Assembly (NCBI GenBank): GCA_015233335.1
Contig: JADFXX010000014.1
Location: 1 to 42,771 of the forward strand
Length of the DNA stretch: 42,771 nucleotides
From: Candidatus Omnitrophota bacterium
Lineage (GTDB): Bacteria; Omnitrophota; Gorgyraeia; Zapsychrales; Fredricksoniimonadaceae
Reading direction: 5' to 3'
Numbering within the stretch: position 1 is the first letter of the stretch; the number at the start of each line of letters is the position of its first letter. Under the pieces are notes generated by a model that was given only the letters and a program-made list of their open reading frames with translations, ran no database searches and had not been told where the DNA came from. Made by a program: the position numbers and the translations under genes. This document shows positions 28,401 through 38,500 of the stretch, in pieces.

Positions 28401-29015
28401 TTTCAAATGGGAACCTACGATAAAAGCTGTCTGTCCGTGCTCATACACATCCGCCCTCTCTGCTACGATCCAAACCTTGTTAAATGTGTCAACAGGAATG
28501 TTAGTGGTGCCGAATTGCTGCTGGGCTTTTGTATAGACCTTGTCCCAAAATGTCTTACCTAAATTCTTTTCCGGATAGATCAGCGATGCAGTTAATTGTT
28601 TGAGGATATAGTCCTGCGCCAACATATCCCGCCCCATCTGTGTCTGCCCCAAATTCTCTGAAATCATCCTGTCCTTCTCATAGGGAGACAGGTTGACCCA
28701 TAGGTCCTTTTCCGGCACCGTCATGGCCGCTAAGAAATACTTGATCAATTTCGTGGATTGCTCCTTTAAGTAGGAGCTGTTATTCGTCGCTTTAGCATCG
28801 TTACCGGCATCTAGAATAAAGTCAAAAAGAAAAGGATTTTCAGGATGCACTTTAAGCCCTTTAATTAGGAGGGGTTCAACCGCCGGACTTAAACTGATCA
28901 TGGTTCCGGGAGCAGGAAGTTGGGAAACCGCTTGAGCATAAACCCTGCCAGGAGGACAAATCATACCTGCAACAAACGTAAGAAGCACCCCGAACGAAAT
29001 GACGCGTTTAATCAT
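25476..29015 (-). CDS. Secreted modular protein: signal peptide, conserved N-domain, sugar-1-phosphate nucleotidyltransferase-like cargo with beta-helix, GGIDL C-domain
   Basis: Signal peptide ..VYA|Q; N- and C-domains paralogous to 10124..12748; LESGGGTR..L....NKG, VPCD, EKPD, WADAG, hexapeptide repeats. Confidence 0.88.
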   Translation of the reverse strand: MIKRVISFGVLLTFVAGMICPPGRVYAQAVSQLPAPGTMISLSPAVEPLLIKGLKVHPENPFLFDFILDAGNDAKATNNSSYLKEQSTKLIKYFLAAMTVPEKDLWVNLSPYEKDRMISENLGQTQMGRDMLAQDYILKQLTASLIYPEKNLGKTFWDKVYTKAQQQFGTTNIPVDTFNKVWIVAERADVYEHGQTAFIVGSHLKVMLEEDYKALSKHINSDETQNSHSLSSQVLREVVLPELEKEVNQGANFVPLRQMFYSMILASWYKMALKDALLTQVYGNQSKVKVGINANDPAEKDKIFQRYIQAYKKGVFNYIKEETDQNTQTTEPRKYFSGGLQVYPDGDPSKVIKRHQSLPVGAELPGSEHTFVARVPVNIPGGEKAMLAKPLQDALNMVPIMNGDQEQAIKDGKLEVGITIQGLGLEGRAGAAEEMAEVARNYAEHPGSIFRQAKYLRAYSVPDGIHNWGNVPGVMPLAEKILNELAPTPMSEDDIKAGKVRVHLIALESGGGTRAASLTVNAGNKGEIVLYGRSLLEQGIEQVKALAYGLPAGEYFVVVPCDNVILPGAEMFKQYSGKKGFYLYAKGTPALEEGFAVQYGLADLGQMLLDKEGRVKPNGFVEKPDLWELNYKILGNTLENANEDEAARKAEVAGITSQAAGAELLKYMSLAGEDLAAQLLPFVVKADVWNFKGETKKEKDKEFFGKRADRFSGMTREEWRNAQEQAQRLMVENSALAAKVKRILDAGGRKTYANTFYFTIRRDVMQKMVELYSRPTEKNNGSFWARQLEPGKFPINSLPDWSGHILTPMSYAANEAGKKKWMDQYWATARKTLAAAQDKAAKKGQTVDTTDLNVWAERATTYTQRDWEDLYNLAQEVKKMAGGMVGVDFGPVWADAGSPAEAKRILDEGTAQGDMKDIFNGLFGRPLQGDVAPDVTIEGQVSYTGTHVIRHSKIKVPAGVELVIGNNVRIEDSYLDIKPPAGVNKITIEDGVVIVSSDIQGEVATIAKNAYVNEVHTANGIGATAQGDVLGTLFTTKGEVFTTRHPIDVDIKDLRDKKTVLDGTPYNWDELIGDLENMEPKLIDRSRIRAERKALKAKLDEAMHGNPSEVGGIDLNRANMQMNIRKDANGVQMQFDRSMIQRIKHSGFDGLEFRIESILPVTNLRMLLGLKEEASSPVA

Positions 29016-29151
29016 TTTTATAATCCTTTTTTAGAAATTTTTAAATTTAAAACTGGGAACACCAATACACATCCACTTAATTGAAGTATAACATATGGGT
29101 ACATCAAAAAACAAATCTAAATGCTCCCGCTGTATAAATTTTTATACAGTT

Positions 29152-29508
29152 TTATACCCCCCACCATTTCTCCTTAAATTGCCCGGAACAGTTGTCGCTG
29201 ATATACTGATACACCCTGTCTTTATCCTGTTCCGAGATTTTGTTAAAAAACATGCCATAAACATACCGTCCCTGTTCTTCCTTGACCCAGGGCAAATTGA
29301 CCTCGACTTTCATAAAATCAAAATTATCATCAAGGGACAAAGACATATTAAGGGGTTGTTCTTGGGGCAACTGTCTGTCAAAAGACGCACACATCCCTTT
29401 CAGGTTTATGTCTTCGATCACACAGTGACTGAATCCCTGCCTTTGGGGCAGCCAGACCTTTGCTTCTTTTTTAACCTGCCAGCGCGGCAATTGTCTGCGT
29501 TCGTCCAT
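29152..29508 (-). CDS. Single-domain PilZ protein
   Basis: RRQLPR (RxxxR) and DINLKG (D/NxSxxG-like) motifs, YGMFF; AAAGGAG Shine-Dalgarno. Confidence 0.88.
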   Translation of the reverse strand: MDERRQLPRWQVKKEAKVWLPQRQGFSHCVIEDINLKGMCASFDRQLPQEQPLNMSLSLDDNFDFMKVEVNLPWVKEEQGRYVYGMFFNKISEQDKDRVYQYISDNCSGQFKEKWWGV

Positions 29509-29527
29509 ATTGTTTCTCCTTTCTGTT

Positions 29528-32500
29528 TTAAAGAATAAAAAATAATATAAACGTATTTAACATATAAGAAATACTGCATACAAATACGGTAATAAAAATT
29601 TGATGAATGCCCTGTAATGTAGCTATGTCGACTAGGATCCTCCTTTCCCTCAGGGTAATAATGACCTTCGTCACATTGATCAAAATGACGAGTACCCGGT
29701 GCAATAACATCCTTGTAAATATCCAAAACGGATAATTTATGAATGCGGGTAAAATGAGAAATAGAGGGGCTTTATTAAAATTCCAAAAAGTCTCTCGGGG
29801 TTCATAAGCCGATCCCGCGCCTTCTCTGATCTCAATCTTTACAGGCCTTCTAAAACAAAATCTGGGTCTCCGGACTTTTTTTGACTTAAATGCCGGCATC
29901 CATAGTGTCGGCTGATCATCTGTCCAAGGCCAATACTGAATGGTTATTAGAATATTCCTTAATATGGACATCGGTAGGAATTTGGGTCTGATCATTGTCA
30001 CAGGCATCGCGTGGATCCGCACTTGTGCCGATGACAGTCTCCGGAATGTAACAAGATAAGGATTAAACGGCCACCTTACTATCATGACAAGGAACAGCCA
30101 CATCAGCGCTAGTAACAAGAATACAACCACCAGAATTTTGATTCTTTTTTCACTTTTCTTCTCATGGTCCTTATCAATGCTCTTGGCCGATTGACAATCG
30201 GCCATCGCTGGAATTCCGCCCCGTTCAAACTTGTGAAGATTATACCGGTTGTGATACCCGGTTAACGCCTGCACGCTTGTTTGGCGCACATCTCTGATGA
30301 TTAAGGGAAGCTTCAGTTGCAAAGCCTCCCAAACACCAACATCCAGTGGAAAGCCCCCAATGTCAACTATCGTCTGTTTTAGAATAAAAACTCTATAGAT
30401 GAGCCTTAAAAATTCTCCAATAAGAAGAACATGGAACACCAGATAATAAAGCGCATCCGCTCTAAGGGCGAAGAACAACAATCTAAGTTTCTGCAGGAAG
30501 GTGGGGGCCTGCCAGGCATTGGATACGGTGTTATAAACCTGCGTATGTGCTCTGACAAATTGCCATGGTGAGCTGCGGATACCATTGGCATGGGTACGGC
30601 CGTTCTCTTGTTTATAGGCATCCTGCCAAATAAAATTCTTAAACGCCCCTTCAAATCCTTCCCTGCCTTTTAATTGTAAAACATCGGCAAGCGCCTCTTT
30701 GCAGTCCGGCAGCATGGCCACGGGATCCCCGCTGACCTTCCCTGCCAGCAACGTACGTATCCTGTTTAATTCCTGGGCAATATCCTCTTTCTCGGTTTTA
30801 GGAATATGCCTATGATGCTGCTTAAAAAGTCTTTCTGCTTCCTGGGCCTCGATGTTGGCCCGCCCCAGGTCAAGCTCTGAACCATGGTAGGGTTTGACCA
30901 ATTTCCCAATGAGAATGATCTTCCGGCGAATTTCTATATCGAACAGATCACCCTCTTTGGCTTTTTGTTCATCAAGGCTAAGAACGACAAAATCTTTGGG
31001 CGTATATTCTCTTTTATCATCAAACAGTGTTACGGGAACTTTCAAGGTGTTTGAAAGTTTCACTAAAACCGTCTTTGACGGATACTGAAGATACGCATTC
31101 TTTTCAATGCGAAAGATCGTACGGCTTGCAACACCCGATCGCAACGCAAGCTGCGGCCGGCTTAACCCAAATAATGCCCCACGCAAATAAGCTAATTTTT
31201 CACCTAATGTCGAAAAAGCCCTGACAGTTTCTCTAACAGGCTCCAAAACTTCCTGAAGTTCATTTTTTCTTAAATGCTCTTCTCTAATATGCAATGCCCG
31301 GGACAATCCTGACCATGTTTTGTAATTCAAAGTCTTAGCTTGGCCATTCTCAATACGAACGATTGTTTTAGGGCCAACACCGGCCGCTTGGGCCAGCTCG
31401 GGTTGACTCAATCGATAAACTTCCTTTCGTAAATACTTCACCTTTTGGCCCAATGTCTGCATTTTCTTAACCTCTGCCAGCTGTTGAAAACTAAGAGAAC
31501 TTTGCTCAGGGATAAGGTCATTGACCTGCACTTTGAAGGCTTTAGCTAAAACTTTAAGCGTCCTGTTATAGGGTTTACGCTTACCCCTATTATTTTCTAT
31601 CCATGAGATCCGCCTTGCAGTTAATCTCGTCTTCTGTGCAAGTCCAAGCCTTGTCCAATGAAAAACACGGCTGCGCAAGAAATAAACTCTTTCTCCGATG
31701 GTTTGTAATTGCCAAACCTGAGGAAGAAAAGCACGAACTTCAGAGATCTCCAAGGTGGGAAGATCTTCCTTCTGAACTTGGTCAAGCATAGGAGGGAGCA
31801 AAACTTCTTGCGGCACATGAAATACTGCTGCCAATTTCTCAATAGTCCATGGACGTGGCTGGGTTTTAAGATAACCGTTCTCAATCGGCTTTAAGACTCC
31901 GGGCCTTAACCCGGCGCGGTCTTCTGCTTCCCTGCGGGTCCATTTAAATTCCCGGCGCAGTCGGCTCACACGGCCGGCCATTGTTGGCAACTCTCGCACT
32001 TCCCCAAGTGTCCTCTCATCAAGAGCTTCGCGCTCAGTAGGTACCATGTCCTTTTCTGTGATGCCAAAAGCCCCGCATAACTTGTCAATGGTATCAGCCG
32101 ATGGCTTAGTTTTAATGCGTCCTTGCTCTATTCGGACGATCTGGTTTTCCGAAACCCCCGACCTCTCAACCAATTCCCGAATCGTCCAATTACACAGTTC
32201 ACATCGAAGACAGGACACCCGGCCTGCTAATGAAAAAACCATGTTGGCCCATCGACGATTGATGTCTTGATGAAGCTGTAAGGCCGCTTCCTTTGTAGCA
32301 GCTGTTTTGATCTGGTCATAAATGCGAGAGTAATACTCCTCATGCTTATCAGGCGGCATCCATGTGATATAACCGTGCGCTTTAATAAAATTTGATTTGC
32401 TAAGCCTGCCCGAACGAATAAGTGCATTTTCCGTGAGCGGTGCAGTTTCAAGCATAATCTGTTCCGCCAATTTCTTGTCACCTTGTTTCAGGGCCTTTTG

Positions 32501-35500
32501 GTATAAGATCCAATGATGTTTCATCATGCCCGGCCCGCATTGCTTCTTTAACATTTCTTTGTCCTTGGTCATTTCGTTTGCACAGGCCATGGCACTTTCT
32601 ATCTCTCCAACGAGACCGGGCAGACCGGCGTCATAAGCTTGACTCAAAAGGTCGCTCATTTTATTTTCTGCCCGTTCATGTTGTCCGTTCTTCGAGCACC
32701 ATTGGGCTTTCATGAAAGCCTCATGCAATTGATCCTCCTTCGTCGGCAAAACCTCACGACGATTGTCGCCGGCCAAAACATCTTTCAACGCCAATTCAAT
32801 TCCTAGCATCTTCCTATAGGCCGCGACCATTTCCCTGATCTTCTTACGCGAATTTAACACCCGTTGACTATTCCATTCTTCTATTTCTTGCAATGTCTCC
32901 GGGCCTATATGAAATTCTTCCGCTGCCCCACATAGCGTAAAACCGCTGCAAACACGCAAAAGCGCCATCCGTTCTCCCGGATGGCAGCATAATTTCTCAA
33001 ATGCTTCTTTCAAGGACAATCCTGTCCAAATGTGTGATATATCCACCCCCAATTCCACAGATCCTTTAAAAGCGTAGAACGCCTTGCGCATGCTTGCCGG
33101 GATATATTTATTAACACTTCGTAAATACAAACCAGACAAATAATCCGCTCTCAATTGGCAACTCTGTGCAATCCTGACCGGGTCATCAATCCCCGCTTCC
33201 AGAATCATGATCTCCCATCGTCGCGGTAATTGACGTTTGGCCTCCTCCAAATTTTTTCCTGCGGTTTCTCGTAATGCATCCATAAAAGACTTGTTCAAAT
33301 AAATGTCACAAACCCCCATGTCCAATTTAAAATAGTCCGCATAGAAACGGACAATCCTTTTAAACAAGGACCGCTGATAGATCATGCGTTCCCCTCTTTC
33401 ATAGGGACCCAACGTCGCAACACCTATTTTCGCTGCCATTCGCTCCATCGTCAGGCCATAACACAGACGCATCAATTCCAGACGTTCCCCATAATGAGCA
33501 CAACCTGACCGCAAGGATTTTATTAATCTTTGTCCCGTCCAGAACTGGCTAATTTCAAGGCCTAAGCCATACGTCAAATTTATAAAATTAATGAACTGTA
33601 ACGGATTCTGGGGCTCGTAAGGTCTTTGGGGATGCCTGGAAAATATTTTTAAGGACTGCCTGCATAACCCGGCGGCACAAGACAGATCGTCAATGTCGTC
33701 AAACCCTGTTTCATCGGCCAATATTTCCAGTCTCTGCTTCATCTGTGCTTTATTTTCAGTTAACGTCGGCCGGAAAGTGCCTTTTAGTCTCTGGTCCGCC
33801 GTACAACCCGCTCGCAGGTGGGCCGCTTGCAAAGATATCCCCAATTCATTTGAGGCCAACCTGATGAATTTCAAAATCAGATTTCGGCCAAAACGCCGCT
33901 TTCCGGCTAAAACAGCAGAAAAATTCTTTTGAGCTCCTATCTGACTGCCTACCCAATATGCGCTTCGTCCTTTGCCTTTCAACAATAGGCATAAAAACCT
34001 CATTCTTCCTAATTCATTGGGTAATCTTCTAAGTTCGTCCCAGACAGTTGATTGCAGGGCTAGGCGTTCATTTTGTTCATCGGTGTTTTCTGGATAGCAT
34101 TGCGCAAAGCCATCATGAAGGATATTGGTGACAAGCTCATTATCATCAATAATAAAAATATAAGAACGACTGTTTAGCTTAAAGTTAACTGCTTTAACGA
34201 CAAGATCCGGCGTGCAGGTTGTGCAATATTTTTTAATTTGGTCTATTAATAAAGGGGGTGCACGAGCTATGATCGTCTCTTCAAGTTGTTGGGCGATTTG
34301 CCGATCATGAGCGCATATCCAAGCTGCTAAACGTTGTTGCAGTGGTGCATAATTTTCATCACTGCGCTTAATATTGGAAATTGAACCCCTATTCTGCGCA
34401 GCATAGCCCTCAAGGATTTCACACAATGCTGCTGACTCCTCATCTGTCCTTGCCCTATTACTGCGCGCAGGGTCACCAACTTGAATCGCAGGTCGCCAAC
34501 TGCGGCTTACATCTCTTTTCGCTACAATATAAATTATTGTATGTTCTTCAATCTTCGAATTAATACCTCCTGCTCTCCGACGGGCTGTCCCGGACTCGAC
34601 TTGGCGGATTTTAGGATCCCTTCTGAGCAGTGAAAAGCCCTCTTCTCTAAAGAACTTTCTTACATATCCTTCAATGATCCTTGCATTCTTGACTGATTGT
34701 GGATTCTCAGGGAACACTGTTGCTCTGAAAATAACTCTGGATGTGGGTTTAAGGAATTGACCGACATTCTTAAAAAAGGTCTCAACATGTTCCCTATAAT
34801 TGTATATATGCCCGTCTTGCACTGAAACATCCCCGCCGTCTATCGGGGAAGGAGTAAAGACAATAAGATCAAATTGCTTGCCTGCAATTCCCTTAAATAA
34901 ATCACTCTGAATAAACTCCGAACGTCCAGCAGCACTGTCCACTCCTAACCTGCTGGCGTTTTCTTCGGCGCACATCAGAGCCTGAGGCTTAATATCAGTG
35001 AAAACCACCCTCTGAGCCCCTTTTCTTAACATAATCAGCCCCAGCACCCCTGATCCTGTCCCCAAGTCGAGACATTCGCGTCCGGATAAATCTTCAGGAA
35101 GTTCCCGGGCAACCCAACGCGTCAAAACAGGGCTTGGGGCATAGACATCATGCTCTGAAATAATATCTTCTCCCCCCAAGTCCCCTATATCTATACGCAA
35201 TCTCGCCATCTTCCTCGTTTTATTGCTCTGGGGCAGATCATTTCTGCCTTTGTCTTTCTTTGTACGATGATAAATCTTCTGACGGGTCCCTTGATCTTCC
35301 CATTCTTCCACTTGCCGCGACATACGAGGATCATGATCATACGCATACTTCGCGCCGAGGCGGGCGGCGACGGGCAGGTGTTTAGTCGCCAACCTATTCT
35401 TTGATTTGATTTCTTTGTACTGTGCTAGATTTATCTCACCTCTTGCAATCCGCTGGGCGTGAAAGCGGTCATTGCCTTGGGGGATGATACGGATAAGTTG

Positions 35501-38500
35501 CGGCAAATCAAAATCGATCACAAAATCTGCCTGATTCTTAAATTTTTGTAATTTCATCTGCAAGCCAAACTTTGACAGCATGATATTAGGTAATACTCCC
35601 AGCCACTCTCTTAGGTCTGTCATGACCTTTCCGTCTTCGTTCCAAAAACTTAGCCCGCTCTCTAAAAATGCCCCCGCAACCAATTGAACCGGCTGACCGA
35701 GGAGCCCTGCAATGCTCTCAATGCCGCAGCAGGTTGCGATCTGGAGGACATCTTCAACTCTATTACTTCTGCGACGGGGATCATTACCGTTAAACCTGTA
35801 GTGCAACATTTCCTCTAAAGCCCAAGGGGAGAATGCCTTCATATTATCTGCGCTAAATTTCTCACCCCTCATCAGATTGACACGCACCTGCATAAATAAA
35901 GCTATCTGAGCATTCTGTTCTCGGGTTCTTTCATAAGAGGGGATCCCTTGGTGTAAATCGCGCAATTCGCCCAATGCTCTGAGATATTCCGGAGTCCTGG
36001 GCTTGCCGGCAATTTCATCTGGATTAGAATGATCAACGCCAATTACGGGTTTATTTTTTTTCTCATTTCCGGTATTCCGGTAATCTTTAAACGCCGCATC
36101 AAGTTCACTGACATCACGAACGGATAATTTACTCATAGCGCTCAGGGCAAGATCTTCCCAACGCCGGTCAATTTTCTCAACAATCTCGCCTGCACTCATC
36201 CCTGCAATAATGTGCCCTACCACCTGTTCTTCTAACTCTGATAGAATAGCCCTTTGCTGACGATCTTGCCCGCCTGCGTCTATGCCCGAAAGGTCTTTGG
36301 GCTCACGGGAAAGGGCCTCTTTAATTGAAGGATGCGCCTTTGTTGATTTCGATACCGCTGCCCAGTCACGATCCTCTGTTGAAAGCACAACGAGCTCATC
36401 TGCAAACCGGCCGAGAGCTGTCAAAAAACCGCGCTCCTGTGCGTCTCTGCTAGAAAGAGATTGTGCCAGCTCTCCAAGCCGCCCTTCTGACCGAGCACGA
36501 TCCTCCAGATCTTTTGCGCTAATTGCTTCCCCTCCCATTTCTTCTAATATTCTTTCTGCGTCATCCATTAATTCATTGCTAAAGTTTCTAAAATTCCTGG
36601 TGACTGCAAACACAGCATCACGTTTTCTTAATAATTCAGCAAAGCGTCTATCCACATAATCCGCAGTGATCCCTATCCCTTTGAATTTGTCTTCATGATC
36701 CACAACGTTCTTGACCATCTCAGAAATACCGTCAACGAAACAAAGGTCATTAAAGATGCCGGTTAAAATGATGTTCTCCCAGAAGATCTCTGCCATATGT
36801 CTGCTCAACGGCGTAGACTGAATCCAGCGGTTCCGATCAAGCTTCATCCTGTTAGATACAGCCAATCCGTTAAGATATCTTTTATAAAGCTCGTAGGCCT
36901 TCTTATACGCATAGTTTGTCAACTCAAGCAAATGACCGTCCCTATTGCCGCCTGCTTTTCTCATCTTTTCGAAGTTAGCTGCTCTCATTGCAAACACAGA
37001 TGCTGCTCTTAACATCTTGTGAAGTTTCCTGGCAGTGCTTTCTTCATGTCCGTTGACAAGCAGGTCCACCAAACGGGATGATAAAAGTTGGGTTCCCCGT
37101 TCTATCGCATCTTTCAACTCCTCATCTCCTCTAAGATCAAAGTTATACCTATGTAATTCCAGAAGCAGCTGATCGGCGACTACATAGGTCATCCTATCCA
37201 TTAACGAAAGAAGCTCCTGTCTTGCCCTATTTTTCTGATAATTATCACCGGCCACATAATAAGCCGCTAATAACGGTATATCTCCCAAGCCCGCACTAAC
37301 ATACGAAATATCCGTCCCAGAAATTCTTAATCTTGCGATTTGCCGGCCTATATCTGCAATCTCAGCCGATACCGGAGCGTGGTCATCAAGTTGAGTAATT
37401 TCAGGGATCTCAAATCCTGTCTCGCGACTGCGCCGCTGCTCATCCTGTCTTATTAAAATCCCTAAGATCACCATGTCAAGGGCATTATGCCTGCCTTGCC
37501 GCCATGCCGTATAGGCTTCTTCCACTTTTTGATTTAAAGAATCATTTACCGACCCGGACATCGCCATCAGTTCGTGGACAATCGCTCCGCTACCATAGTA
37601 GGTGTCTTTCCTGACACACGGCTCTAAAAGGTTAATCCCAAATTTTGGGCTCGCATGAGCTTCAAAGATATGTTTGCCGCCTGGAGCCCTTAGAACATTA
37701 ATCGAGCGTCCGTTTTCTTTGGCTAACAATTCCCTTAAAATTTCCGCTGGAGGTTCATACTTTAAAACATCTGTAAAAAACTCCCTGATTTTTCCTGCCT
37801 GCTCATATTCATTGGGACCATCTCCATAGACCCAACCCGCATTTGGCTTCAATTGCCCTTCCTCATAATGATCCGTAATGCATTCATCAATTAGAATTTC
37901 ATGCAGTTGCCATTTGATACCGGCTGGAACATTTTGGGCGCGCAACACCTCTGCAACAACGCTTGTCTCGTTAATGCCATATTGCGGGAAGCGGACAAAA
38001 ATAGCCCTTATTCCGGCAATCTGCTGCGGGGTATAGTCGCCTGTGTTGAATAATTCTGAGAATGTCAGTTTGTCTTTCCGTGCATTATATTTGTGCCAAT
38101 CCCTGTCAAATACTTGTCGGTTTTGAGAGCCTCGAATGAAATTTCTGCACGACGGGCAGAAATACAAATTATGGTCATTGTCCCTAACACGCTCCCTGAG
38201 CTCATCAAAAGACCAAACCTGATGCATAACACAGGCCCGATCGCGGCAATGGGGCCCGCCTTTTTCATAAAAGAAAGGTCCCCCGCGAATGGGCGCCCTT
38301 AAGCCGGCCCTCTCTTGGGTAAGCTGATGTTCCGCTTCTTTTTCTGTTAAGCTGGAAGAATACGGATGCCCTTCGAGATACTTATGGCCCAACTCATGGG
38401 TGATCAGATGAGAAAGACAATACATCCTGTATAAGAGGGATTCTTGCGTATATCTGTCGCGGGAAATTTGGATCACTCCTCCCGTTGCAACGCCAAAAAT

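Noticed and set aside
29095-29726. ORFs 29095..29538 (+) and 29418..29726 (-)
   Set aside because: The first is an antisense shadow of the PilZ gene; the second overlaps both PilZ and the giant gene tail in another frame with no recognisable motif.
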